From positions 34,645 through 98,644 of the IMG/VR virus record IMGVR_UViG_3300042446_001529: a stretch of DNA of 64,000 bases; one strand, given 5' to 3'. This document shows, piece by piece, positions 38,765 through 48,011 of the stretch. The notes beneath the pieces are model-generated. The model was not told where the DNA came from. It made no database searches and saw nothing but the letters and a program-made list of their open reading frames with translations. Position 1 is the first letter of the stretch, and each line of letters opens with the position of its first letter. Source of the stretch: a virus. Taxonomy: Duplodnaviria; Caudoviricetes. The translations under genes and the position numbers were made by a program.

Positions 38765-41434
38765 TCACTCAAAATCGAATAGTTTTGCGAATGTATTGTC
38801 CGACCTTGTTGAACTGATGTCCCATTCCAAAACACCAATAAGGTTTCCTAACTTCTCATCTATCACAGTGGTTTCCATCTCTGCATCATTGAAAGGCAGA
38901 TCCTTGAACCACTGCGGCAATCTCAGTTCATCCACAGGATAGGCCACGGAAGTATGCCCCATAGGATTGTCTTTGATCTTACATACAATTACTTTCATGC
39001 CATCTACTATCTGCATGGAGTATTTGTCATCCATCATACGCCTGAGAGTGTTCCAATTCAACGAAGCTCTAACATGCCCGGGCATATTGGTCTTGCCTGC
39101 TTTCTTTTCTTTGGCAGCGTATTCTGTGATATTGTTAGCTCGTTTAGGCGAGCCCTTTTCCCAACCCGGTCGAGTTTTAAATTCTGTGCGGAAATCAGTG
39201 ATATATTGCAGTATCTCTTCTTTGGTCACACCGGTTAGAGTTTTAGTCAGCACCTCACTCAAGAAGTCTTGTATAACAACCGGGGTATCTGAACGCTTGA
39301 GGTCAAGGCCCATGGCTTTGATCTTGCCTGGTTTGCCTTCTGTGTCTGCTCGTTTGCCTTCTTTGTCGTAGTAGAGCACTGCATATCGCTTCTTGGTAAT
39401 GAACAGTCCTTTGCTTGCAACAATCTCGCGACCTGCTTTGATGACCTCGGCTCTGGTTCGAGGAACATGAAATGCGTCCTGCATGAATTTGACAAATGTG
39501 CCATTGACTGTATCTCCTATAGTATCATAAAGTTCGACCACTGATTCTCTGTTCCAGGGAATCAGACCTTTCTCAATGTCTTTTTTCAGGGTAGCATACG
39601 CTGAAAAATAACAAGAGTCTGTGTCACCGTAGATTACTGCTCGACCAATATGGTCATACTCTCCAGTGATAATTTCGTTTACTTTTGATGCCATGTGTTT
39701 GGCAATTTGCCGGCCGGTCAGTGTAGTTGACTGTCCGATTCGGTTATCAAAGAATCTACAGCCTGGATTTAAAATCGCACCATAGAGACTGTTCAACAGA
39801 ATCTTCTTGACCAACTGTCGTTTGTCCCAGTATTCTTCTTCAATCTTGTTGCCAGCTTGGATACATTCTTTGAGCTTGGCCTGCATTTCTTTACGTTCTT
39901 TATACCAACGAGCCAGCAGTCCTGATATCACTCCTTCAGTTTCATATGTGAATATAGTGCCGTTAGCTGAGATCATCCAGGGTTGGTTGCTGTCAAATAT
40001 AAGATCATAGGCCTGAGCCGCACTTAGCGTATCCGAACCACCACCTTCCCAATCAACAGTGACTTCACGACCTACTTCTCTGTTCATCACGGCAGAATAT
40101 TCAAGACTACCAAATATACCTTCCCATGCTGATGCAAATGACTTGCCCTTGGACATTTCTGCTGCAATAAAATCCTTGGTTCCATCCTGTCTCAACTGAC
40201 CCACGATGGTTTCAGGACCCATATTCAAAGCCCGAATAGCACTAGGATAGAGACTGTTAATGTCAAGAGAGCCAATCCACTCATGTATACCTTTCTTAGG
40301 ATATGCAACGTAAGCCCCAGCAGCCTGCGTGTCTCCGTGCTCTTCCATCTTTTTGCGATTAGGAACTATCATACCTCTGCGGTGAGCTTCGTTGATGATA
40401 GCTTGTTCAGTCACAGCCACCGCACCCATAGTAGTTGCTAACAGCACTGTGTTTTCGTGTGCAATAGTATTAGCTAAGTCGATGAATTTCAGTTTCTTAT
40501 CTAGATCATCTAGCAGTTTACAATCGTTGATGTTGTATTCGACGAATGTTTTAAAGTCATTGTTGTATAGTTGATCAAGTGTACCTTCATACTGAGTCTT
40601 TCTCTGACCTAGTTCATATTCGGCAATGGCATCTAATCGATAGGTGTGACGTTCTTCATAGGTATACTTGCGATAAAGTTCAAGACTGTCTATATGCACA
40701 CGACCAATGAAGTCATATGTAGTGGCAGTTTTACCGAACTTTTCATATTCGCGTTTCTTAGGCAAACAGTTCCATAGACAAAATCGTTTGGTATCCTCTT
40801 TGCTGAGAACCTTGGTGACACGATTAACTGTGTATGGAATATCGAACCCTTCTGAATTCCACCCACTTAGAACATCTGCATCTTGTATAAGATCCAAGAA
40901 TGTGTTTAACATGTCTGCTTCGTTGTCAAACAGCATGGTGTTGGGGAATTCTTCAACCTGCTTGGTAGCTTCAGCCATGCTGAGTGTTTTAGGAGGTATG
41001 GCTAGGCATACCATGGTCTCCATCCATTGTAGATACACAGCGATAGCAGTGATGGGCATGAATGCATCATCTGGTGAAGCATAGCCCCGTTCAGGATCAA
41101 AGTCTACCTCAATGTCGAAAAATGCTACATTTAGTTTAGGAGCATCTTGATTGAGATAATGATCTTCTAGACATCTATAGATAGGATTGATGTCTGACTC
41201 GTGGAGTTTCTTGTTTGAATGTATGGCAAGTTCTTTGCGATGTTCTTTGACATTCTTTGAACTTACACGGCTAAGAGGTTCACCCTTGATGGATTGGAAC
41301 TTGCCTTTGGGGTCGTTGTAATAGAATATATGTTTGGCAGCATAGTCTTTGAAATGTCTCTGCCCTTTGTCGTCACGCTCAACGACACGTATCATGTCAT
41401 CGTCGCGATCGTAGTATGCGTCCACGAAACTCAT
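38765..41434 (-). CDS. Family B DNA polymerase (T4 gp43-like)
   Basis: FFDIEV exonuclease, GWNS.GFD, DINSLYPS, KILLNSLYG, YGDTDS, KKRYA. Confidence 0.97.
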   Translation of the reverse strand: MSFVDAYYDRDDDMIRVVERDDKGQRHFKDYAAKHIFYYNDPKGKFQSIKGEPLSRVSSKNVKEHRKELAIHSNKKLHESDINPIYRCLEDHYLNQDAPKLNVAFFDIEVDFDPERGYASPDDAFMPITAIAVYLQWMETMVCLAIPPKTLSMAEATKQVEEFPNTMLFDNEADMLNTFLDLIQDADVLSGWNSEGFDIPYTVNRVTKVLSKEDTKRFCLWNCLPKKREYEKFGKTATTYDFIGRVHIDSLELYRKYTYEERHTYRLDAIAEYELGQRKTQYEGTLDQLYNNDFKTFVEYNINDCKLLDDLDKKLKFIDLANTIAHENTVLLATTMGAVAVTEQAIINEAHRRGMIVPNRKKMEEHGDTQAAGAYVAYPKKGIHEWIGSLDINSLYPSAIRALNMGPETIVGQLRQDGTKDFIAAEMSKGKSFASAWEGIFGSLEYSAVMNREVGREVTVDWEGGGSDTLSAAQAYDLIFDSNQPWMISANGTIFTYETEGVISGLLARWYKERKEMQAKLKECIQAGNKIEEEYWDKRQLVKKILLNSLYGAILNPGCRFFDNRIGQSTTLTGRQIAKHMASKVNEIITGEYDHIGRAVIYGDTDSCYFSAYATLKKDIEKGLIPWNRESVVELYDTIGDTVNGTFVKFMQDAFHVPRTRAEVIKAGREIVASKGLFITKKRYAVLYYDKEGKRADTEGKPGKIKAMGLDLKRSDTPVVIQDFLSEVLTKTLTGVTKEEILQYITDFRTEFKTRPGWEKGSPKRANNITEYAAKEKKAGKTNMPGHVRASLNWNTLRRMMDDKYSMQIVDGMKVIVCKIKDNPMGHTSVAYPVDELRLPQWFKDLPFNDAEMETTVIDEKLGNLIGVLEWDISSTRSDNTFAKLFDFE

Positions 41435-41445
41435 TTTTTCTCCTA

Positions 41446-41495
41446 TGCAATTTTAGGCTTGCAAATACCAATGTGCGGTTTATGGCCCGCCTACC
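41446..41495 (-). promoter_or_regulatory. Twin hairpins with 8-nt loops in polymerase leader (putative translational operator)
   Basis: GCGG-GCCATAAA-CCGC and TGCAA-GCCTAAAA-TTGCA directly 5' of SD AGGAG. Confidence 0.6.
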
Positions 41496-41507
41496 TTCTT
41501 ACTTTAT

Positions 41508-41798
41508 TTAATTAATTAGCATTCTTGCTAGGCCGAATGTGTCAATTGCGGTTAGCAAGATGTAGTTAGCCAACATGCCAAACGATTTCCGAGTATAAGC
41601 AGCCCAAGCATACATGGCACAGCCAGCGATCCAAATAGGATACAAAACAAGTAAAGGCGGATTGGGAACTGTAAGCGCCATAGTGATTGAGCAGCCGATA
41701 CTAACAGCCCAAGCAAGCAGCTCAATAACGAAACGGAAGCGATTGCTTTGCCAGTCATCTCTGATCCAATCAAAAGTTGGTTTTAATAATTCATTCAT
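41508..41798 (-). CDS. Membrane protein
   Basis: Three hydrophobic segments. Confidence 0.7.
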   Translation of the reverse strand: MNELLKPTFDWIRDDWQSNRFRFVIELLAWAVSIGCSITMALTVPNPPLLVLYPIWIAGCAMYAWAAYTRKSFGMLANYILLTAIDTFGLARMLIN

Positions 41799-42055
41799 TC
41801 AGGAAGTTTTTTAGTAACACCGAGAATCATTTCAATCTCGCTCCACTCTGCTTCATGGTCTTTCCAATTGTCTTTGTGTGCGATGCGTATGGCTTTGTTG
41901 ATCCAACTGGGTTTGATTTGTAATTCTTCTGCGACAGCTTTAACAGTTTCTTTAAGACCTTCGTTGAGATCTTCTACTTCACGAAGCACATTAGATCCTT
42001 CGTTGATTAATCTTTCGAGTTTGGCTTTTTCTTCCGGTCCATACATTTTTGACAT
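41795..42055 (-). CDS. dsDNA-binding protein (T4 DsbA-like)
   Basis: Small helical protein, E.LKE.VKAVAEEL.IKP..INKAIR.AHK. Confidence 0.55.
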   Translation of the reverse strand: MSKMYGPEEKAKLERLINEGSNVLREVEDLNEGLKETVKAVAEELQIKPSWINKAIRIAHKDNWKDHEAEWSEIEMILGVTKKLPE

Positions 42056-42075
42056 TTGTTCTCTCCTATACGACT

Positions 42076-42104
42076 ATTATATAGTCAAAGAAAAAGCCGG
42101 TCAA
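42076..42104 (-). promoter_or_regulatory. Sigma70 promoter TTGACC-17-TATAAT overlapping terminator
   Basis: -35 at 42099-42104, -10 at 42076-42081. Confidence 0.7.
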
Positions 42105-42119
42105 CTAATTGCCGGCTTT
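42088..42119 (-). terminator. Intrinsic terminator AAAGCCGG..CCGGCTTTTTCTTT
   Basis: GC stem plus U-tract after gene 42143..43522. Confidence 0.75.
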
Positions 42120-42142
42120 ATGTTACCAAACGGTAAATCTAT

Positions 42143-43522
42143 TTAACTAGAACCGTCTCGGTCCATTCCAATTTGAGACAAGAACATAATACCTAGTACT
42201 CCTGGAATAATTAACCAAGCCGGGCCACCGAATATTCCTGCGATTGTTGCGGCTGCGCCTCCTAGTATTCCTGTTAAACTTGAAAGTTTTTCACCTAGTG
42301 TAGCACTCGGTGCCCAAGCATCAATGCCACCTAATGTTCCTCGGCCACTCTTTGGATCTTTTTTCTTTTGACCGAAGAAGTCACCTACTGGACCTTCTTC
42401 GATAGATTCTGCAGCAGTTTCAGGTTTAGCACCCAGTGCTTTGGCCACTGCTTTGATATTTGCTAATGTGAAATCACTTTTATCTGCACGGTCTTTACCT
42501 AACACTTGTTTAGCAACATCTGCCATTTTATCTTTTTCTTGATCTGAAAGCTTTGGTGCCAGTTTAGACATTAGCAGGCTTTTGACTTTGTCCATCGTGC
42601 CTTCATCTAAACGTGAGCGATTTTCAACTATTTTTTTTCTCGACTCGCTCAATACATCATACATTTCAAATACGCCACCGTTGCGTTCATAGACCAGTCC
42701 TGCGTATAGATCAGCTTTCATGCCTTCGCCTAGTTTGCTCTGAGCCACACGTTCGGCCCAGGTAAACAATGCTTTGTCTACAGGATCGATCTGTTGTTGG
42801 CCACCACTTTCTTGAACTAGTTGGACCATCTGTTTGAAAGATAATTTTGTTTCTACACTTTCTTTAACAGTTTTCTTCTTGCCTTTTGGCATCATTGCGC
42901 TTTCAGTTTTAGATGCAATGGCTTTTTGTAGTCCTGGGGGAAGTTTTTTCTGCTTGTCTGAAAGGCCTTTTTTATCTGCGGGCTTGTCGTTACCTTTTTC
43001 ACCAGCAGCTTTTTTCATTGGCTCTTTCTTGTCGCCGTCTTTGTCAATGTCTAGGAAGTCTGGCTTGGCACCTTCTGCCATCTTTTCTTTCTTGGCCATT
43101 TTCTTTTTCTTGTCAGCAGCTTCTTCTTTCTTGGCTTCGACCATCTTCATGAACTTGCTTTTAAATTCTGGTTCTACACTTTCTTTCTTGGCTTTCTTCT
43201 TTGGCTTGTCATCTTCGTCATCGGCTTCTTTTTCTTCACTACCGCCATAGGCCTTGCTGCTCTTGTGAACAATGCCTGTTTTTGTTTTTTCAACAGTGCC
43301 AGTAGCGATGTTTTTCTTATCGCCTACTTTCATGTCGCTCTCTTCTTTGACATCTTCTTCAGCTTTCTTTTTAGCTTCAGCAACGTAAGTAGTGCGGCCG
43401 CTTAGAACACGCAGTTGTGCGTCTTCGTTTAGTTGCACAGATTTTGGCAGCTCTGGTGCTTTTGGAGTATCGATCTTACCGTCGATACTTTCTATTTTGC
43501 TGATTAACGATTTGAAGTCCAT
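42143..43522 (-). CDS. K/E-rich putative prohead-core/internal polyprotein with C-terminal TM segments
   Basis: Many (L/V/I/M)-x-E|(G/S/A/D) sites, DIDKDGD motif, hydrophobic tail; GATAAATA at 43549-43556. Confidence 0.6.
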   Translation of the reverse strand: MDFKSLISKIESIDGKIDTPKAPELPKSVQLNEDAQLRVLSGRTTYVAEAKKKAEEDVKEESDMKVGDKKNIATGTVEKTKTGIVHKSSKAYGGSEEKEADDEDDKPKKKAKKESVEPEFKSKFMKMVEAKKEEAADKKKKMAKKEKMAEGAKPDFLDIDKDGDKKEPMKKAAGEKGNDKPADKKGLSDKQKKLPPGLQKAIASKTESAMMPKGKKKTVKESVETKLSFKQMVQLVQESGGQQQIDPVDKALFTWAERVAQSKLGEGMKADLYAGLVYERNGGVFEMYDVLSESRKKIVENRSRLDEGTMDKVKSLLMSKLAPKLSDQEKDKMADVAKQVLGKDRADKSDFTLANIKAVAKALGAKPETAAESIEEGPVGDFFGQKKKDPKSGRGTLGGIDAWAPSATLGEKLSSLTGILGGAAATIAGIFGGPAWLIIPGVLGIMFLSQIGMDRDGSS

Positions 43523-43551
43523 GTTCACATTCCTAAAAGTGTATTATATAT

Positions 43552-43737
43552 TTATCTTTTTACTAAAGACCCACCAGTTAACAGATTAGTTCCTTTGAGA
43601 TCTAATGCGTTTTTTGCGGTTCCGTCTTTGTTTTTTGCCGTTTTTCCGGGTTTATTTTTGTATACAGCACCTATAGCTACGTTACCAGCACTGGTAGCGC
43701 CTGCTGTTGCTGATTCTACAATTTCACGTATTTTCAT
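43552..43737 (-). CDS. Small basic protein, MKIREIVE N-terminus
   Basis: Capsid-targeting-like leader; AATAAATA 5 nt upstream. Confidence 0.6.
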   Translation of the reverse strand: MKIREIVESATAGATSAGNVAIGAVYKNKPGKTAKNKDGTAKNALDLKGTNLLTGGSLVKR

Positions 43738-43741
43738 ACTA

Positions 43742-44062
43742 TTATTTATTCTTCTTGGCACGGCCTGCTTTCATGTTAGCTAACCAGTGCGCTAGTTGTC
43801 CTTTGCGCCCGCCTTGTTTTGCAGTTTTACGCAATGAACTTACACTAGCTTTGGTATTGATACCGTGACGTTTACTATCGCCTTTGTCTTGTGGATTCTT
43901 TCCATCAGCAAAGTTTTCACCCACGCCACCACCGTCTCCAGCACCACCGTCGCCACTGTAGCCAGCATAGTATCCGTAACCACCGTAAGGACCCGGGCCG
44001 TAAGCAGCCCAACGCGGTCTACGTTTCTTTTTTCTTTCAACTATAAATTCACTTGCTCTCAT
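43742..44062 (-). CDS. Small basic/Gly-rich protein, [10 protein letters not shown]-terminus
   Basis: Capsid-targeting-like leader; internal VGE|N site. Confidence 0.65.
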   Translation of the reverse strand: MRASEFIVERKKKRRPRWAAYGPGPYGGYGYYAGYSGDGGAGDGGGVGENFADGKNPQDKGDSKRHGINTKASVSSLRKTAKQGGRKGQLAHWLANMKAGRAKKNK

Positions 44063-44136
44063 ACTGGGCTATAAGGATTCTTTGGAGTGTCGTATCCGTC
44101 ATCTTCTGGATACACTGGATAATTGTTTGGGTTCAT
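44059..44136 (-). CDS. 25-aa Pro/Tyr/Asp peptide (not in ORF track)
   Basis: [25 protein letters not shown]; ATGA overlaps at both ends. Confidence 0.55.
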   Translation of the reverse strand: MNPNNYPVYPEDDGYDTPKNPYSPV

Positions 44137-44459
44137 ACTGAAAAACTTGATCCACACCCGCAGGTAGATTGTGCATTGGGATTACTAATAACAAACTGAC
44201 TGCCCATGGCTTCTTCTTTGTAATCAATAACAGCACCTTGTAGATATTGCATACTCATTGCATCAACAAACACGTTGTATTGTTCGTTGATAGGAAATTC
44301 AAAGTCGTCTTCGTTCTTTGTTTCGTCAAAGGTAAAGCCATAACTGAAGCCACTGCAACCGCCACCTTGCACAAAGGTGCGCAATGCCAGCTTGGGATTA
44401 TTTTCTTCTAGCAGCAAATCCATAATCTTTGATTTCGCTGATTGTGTTATTTCAACCAT
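44133..44459 (-). CDS. A-type Fe-S carrier protein (IscA/ErpA/HesB family)
   Basis: [35 protein letters not shown]. Confidence 0.95.
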   Translation of the reverse strand: MVEITQSAKSKIMDLLLEENNPKLALRTFVQGGGCSGFSYGFTFDETKNEDDFEFPINEQYNVFVDAMSMQYLQGAVIDYKEEAMGSQFVISNPNAQSTCGCGSSFSV

Positions 44460-44667
44460 TTTGTTTTCCAATAGGCTTTTCGCCTGTTAAGTAAGGCAAA
44501 CTAAACCATAGCTTGAACCATTCTTCGGTGCCTGGTCTAATATCATGTTTTTTCATAAGTTCACCTTTTTCATTGCCAGTTATACTTATGTTGCTGCCAG
44601 CATATGGTTGATATCCTTGATATTCTGTGATACCAGCTAGTTTTTTCAGTTCATCTAGTTCTGACAT
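44452..44667 (-). CDS. Small protein, [10 protein letters not shown] leader
   Basis: Start [15 protein letters not shown] with AGGAG SD. Confidence 0.65.
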   Translation of the reverse strand: MSELDELKKLAGITEYQGYQPYAGSNISITGNEKGELMKKHDIRPGTEEWFKLWFSLPYLTGEKPIGKQNG

Positions 44668-45019
44668 TTTTAGCTGCTCCTTTGCGATTGGCATTGGGGT
44701 CTTCACGACGTTTGCGAGCAGCAGCAGTGGCACGACCTTTCTTGCCTAGTGCGTGTGCTTTGGACTGAGGTAGACACTTGGGCTTGCCTTCTTTCTCACT
44801 ATCTCTAGCACAGTCGCCACGTATCTTGCCATCTGGACCAAAGCGGACCCATTTGTCTTTGAACCACTTACGCAGATTTTCATCTACGGGTTCTATGTCT
44901 TCTGATTTTTTACGACCTTGGCAGTAAGCTTGTTGACTAAACCCTTTGGGGTTAGAACAGTTTATGGACTTTTTATATTTTTTAGTCCACTTCTCAGTGA
45001 CAAACTCATATGCTCTCAC
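44651..45019 (-). CDS. Basic two-module protein, MRAYEFVTE N-terminus
   Basis: Capsid-targeting-like leader; Cys-pair modules split at VDE|N. Confidence 0.65.
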   Translation of the reverse strand: MRAYEFVTEKWTKKYKKSINCSNPKGFSQQAYCQGRKKSEDIEPVDENLRKWFKDKWVRFGPDGKIRGDCARDSEKEGKPKCLPQSKAHALGKKGRATAAARKRREDPNANRKGAAKNVRTR

Positions 45020-45396
45020 TTCTTCTTGCCCTTGCCATAATTAGCAGCACCTGCTTTGCGACACTGTACCAATCGTCCTGACGCATAGGCACTGGGCCAA
45101 ACCTTGGACGAAGCTTTGATCTTGTGATAGCAGGCATCTTTCTTGCCTTCTTCAAGTTGGTCTTCTGAGACCATGTCTCCGTGACATATAGGGCATACAC
45201 CTGCTTCTATGTAGTCTTGAAGACTTTTACCTTCCGCTACATCTTGCTCCATAGGAATCAAATCTTTCTTATGTTTAGTGTCGCCCTGTTTCTCTGCCCG
45301 CTTTTTATCTTTGTGAGCGCCAGCACCTGCGCTTTTAGAATTTTTAGCAACAAAGTTTCTAGGCCGGCTAGCTGGTATAATGTCTTTGGCTCTCAT
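45016..45396 (-). CDS. Basic three-module protein
   Basis: Modules separated by VAE|G and LEE|G; CPICHG; CYHK..WPSAYASG.LVQCRK. Confidence 0.65.
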   Translation of the reverse strand: MRAKDIIPASRPRNFVAKNSKSAGAGAHKDKKRAEKQGDTKHKKDLIPMEQDVAEGKSLQDYIEAGVCPICHGDMVSEDQLEEGKKDACYHKIKASSKVWPSAYASGRLVQCRKAGAANYGKGKKK

Positions 45397-46535
45397 ACTG
45401 TAATACCTCTTGATCTGATGCCACCTTTACGTTTTACTTTACCTAATTCTTCGAGAGCGTGACGTATTTGTTCCATGTTCATTTTCAATTCTTCAAACTG
45501 ACGTGCCATCAGTTGCCACTCACCTGGACTAGCATTTTCTGCGCGAGCAGCAAGATCCTTTAACTGGCCAGCAGCACGTAGCATACGATATTTTAATTTA
45601 GCAGGATTTGCTTTGTCGTGACTGTGAATCATTGGATCCATTGGATCTGCTGGGTCCATTTCAATAGGAGATTCTTTAACTTCTTCTTTCTTTTTAGGAT
45701 ATCCGTGTTTGATATCTAATGTATAGCCCTGCAGTCCTTGTTTATCTAAAACTCCGCTGATAAATTTTTCTGCTTCTCTAGCATTATCGAATCTATCACC
45801 TAAATTATATTTTCGAACCTCGCCGTCAATCATTACATAAGCAATGGTAATTGGCTTTGTTGGTTCTTCTGCTTGGGCAGGACTTAAAAGATTCGCAGCA
45901 GCCAGTGCCGCTGCCGCTGCTTGACTTTTCCAACCTTCCTCTATACCTTCGTTGATGCCCATGCCTTTACGCACCGCAGCAAACAAAGGCTTGGCAAGTT
46001 CGCCTGCTCCTGTGGCTTCTTGGAACCCTTCGAAGTCGTTGTTGGCAGCAGCTGCTCTTGCACCGCTGGCACTGACTCCTGCCACTCCTTCAGCGCCGTC
46101 TTCACGGTCTCCGCTGCTGGCAAAATCGATGACATCAAATTTATAAAATCCGTGCGCTTTGCCTTCAACACCGTTGTATTGTGTGAGAAGATTTTTCATA
46201 TCTTCTAGGCGATCCGATCCTGCTACGAATGTTACCGCGGAGTAGCCCTGATCGTGTAGATAGCTAGCCACTTTACCAATGGTGTTTAGTGCTGCATTCT
46301 CTACTACATTGCTGGCATACTGGGGAAACATTTCCTTGATAAACTTTATCTTAGTGCTGTAGTCTAGTGGATTTTTCTTTTTATCTTGACTTTGACTGAC
46401 AAAAACTTTCATTTCTCCGCCCTGGCTTTTCATGGTATCTAATACCTGTTTGTGACCAATGGTAGGCGGATTCATTCTGCCAAAGCAGAATGTAACATGT
46501 TTGGTTTCAGCTTCAAACAGTTGTCGTAACAGCAT
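45393..46535 (-). CDS. HIGH-class nucleotidyltransferase (cytidylyltransferase-like) fused to extra modules
   Basis: FGRMNPPTIGH, KKNPL, VAGSDR, SAS..R; leader MLLRQLFE; INE|GIEE|G and VKE|S junctions. Confidence 0.75.
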   Translation of the reverse strand: MLLRQLFEAETKHVTFCFGRMNPPTIGHKQVLDTMKSQGGEMKVFVSQSQDKKKNPLDYSTKIKFIKEMFPQYASNVVENAALNTIGKVASYLHDQGYSAVTFVAGSDRLEDMKNLLTQYNGVEGKAHGFYKFDVIDFASSGDREDGAEGVAGVSASGARAAAANNDFEGFQEATGAGELAKPLFAAVRKGMGINEGIEEGWKSQAAAAALAAANLLSPAQAEEPTKPITIAYVMIDGEVRKYNLGDRFDNAREAEKFISGVLDKQGLQGYTLDIKHGYPKKKEEVKESPIEMDPADPMDPMIHSHDKANPAKLKYRMLRAAGQLKDLAARAENASPGEWQLMARQFEELKMNMEQIRHALEELGKVKRKGGIRSRGITV

Positions 46536-46870
46536 TAGTCGTAGTCGCCTTTTTCTATGTATTTTTCTTGTTCGCCGGCAATACGTTTAGCCAAATCTAT
46601 AATTTTATCTTTAGGGAATTTCTTATCTGTATCATCGATATCGTATTTGTCACAATAATGACCCATGCACTTTTCTAATGGTCGGATGTAGACTTTGAAC
46701 ACATTGGGATTGCCTCTGTGCTCACGATGACGTTTCACCGCAGGGAAAAAATACTGGTCCAGCATTTTTGAATCGTTGTCGATGAAAAATTTTAAATCAT
46801 CCAACCAATCGATTTCTTGTTGTTCGTCTTTGGGTGCGCCAATGGCACTGAACATTTCTTTTAATAACAT
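46535..46870 (-). CDS. Hypothetical protein, MLLKEMF N-terminus
   Basis: TAATG-coupled ORF. Confidence 0.65.
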   Translation of the reverse strand: MLLKEMFSAIGAPKDEQQEIDWLDDLKFFIDNDSKMLDQYFFPAVKRHREHRGNPNVFKVYIRPLEKCMGHYCDKYDIDDTDKKFPKDKIIDLAKRIAGEQEKYIEKGDYD

Positions 46871-47967
46871 TACCAGCTCCGGCAAGACCAGTATCTAGCT
46901 TTATGACGAGGTCCTGGATTAGCACAATTATGACGAGCACGGAATGATTTTCTACGTGCAGGATTGGATTTTTTGATACGCATTTTCTTGTCACCGAAGT
47001 TTACTTTGACAATGTTACCATTAGGCTTGCGAACATATACTTTGGATTTCTTGACATCGCCTGCCATCTTTTTACCCAAGGGCACTTCACGTCCTTGGTA
47101 TTTGGCTTCATCGACATCACCTTCCGCCACACCTTCTTCGTAGTTCTGGGCTTTCATGTAATCGCGAGCTGTATCAATGTAGTCCACAGCTTTAGTGATC
47201 TTGCTTTGCACCCATTCTGGAAGATTGTCGTCTGCTCGTAGGATACTGTATAGTTCTTCAGCAGCATCGTCTATGGTGCGCAAATCATCTTTGGCCATGT
47301 CGCCTTCGCGATCATATTCACCGTAATTTACGGGGTCTTTTGGATTCTCAGGACCGTGATCTTCTTTCTTAACTTTACCCTTATGTGCTTTACTCAACCT
47401 ATCCTTAAGAGCACCTAATTCTTCTTGACTGGCACCGTCACGGCCTGCGGCCGCCGCGGCTTTCATATATTCTTCACCGTGTTTCTTAACTCCAGTAAAA
47501 TATTGAAGACCGCTTTCACCTATTTTCTTACAGTCATTGGCACCAACTCTGCGATAGCCTTTCCAACAGGCACGGCCGCCTGTGCCTTTATCTTTGTCTT
47601 CTACAAGTTCACCTTCAAAGAATTGTAAGCCTTCATTAGTCAGCATCTCTAGTGCGGTGTCATCTAATTCGATTACAATGCCATCTTCTAGAATATCTAC
47701 AATAGTAGTGGCAATCTCATGATCTTCTGAAAAGCTGATACCAAACTCGTCACCTACTTCAAATGATTCTGCAAATCCTTTAGATTTGGCCTCTTTTTCG
47801 AGATCTGTTTTTCTTTGTGTAATTGCACTGCTGATTTCTGGATCGGTGCTAGCCACAGGATCTTTTTCAAGATCTGCCAGGGCTTTGCGTTTGGCCTGAA
47901 GATCTTCAGGATTTTTTAATGCTGTTTCGCTTACTATAGCGTCTAATTTAGATAACAGGTCTCTCAT
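46870..47967 (-). CDS. Modular putative head-internal polyprotein
   Basis: IVSE|T, FAE|S, LVE|D, IGE|S, VAE|G, VDE|A junctions; CWKGY and RKSFRARHNC..YWSC modules; GATAAATA at 47992-47999. Confidence 0.65.
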   Translation of the reverse strand: MRDLLSKLDAIVSETALKNPEDLQAKRKALADLEKDPVASTDPEISSAITQRKTDLEKEAKSKGFAESFEVGDEFGISFSEDHEIATTIVDILEDGIVIELDDTALEMLTNEGLQFFEGELVEDKDKGTGGRACWKGYRRVGANDCKKIGESGLQYFTGVKKHGEEYMKAAAAAGRDGASQEELGALKDRLSKAHKGKVKKEDHGPENPKDPVNYGEYDREGDMAKDDLRTIDDAAEELYSILRADDNLPEWVQSKITKAVDYIDTARDYMKAQNYEEGVAEGDVDEAKYQGREVPLGKKMAGDVKKSKVYVRKPNGNIVKVNFGDKKMRIKKSNPARRKSFRARHNCANPGPRHKARYWSCRSW

Positions 47968-48011
47968 AGTATTCCTCTCGAGGTCATACTATATTTATCG
48001 TCTCAAACAGT

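Noticed and set aside
38765-41434. Intein or intron in the DNA polymerase
   Set aside because: Length (889 aa) and motif spacing are normal; no splice motifs.
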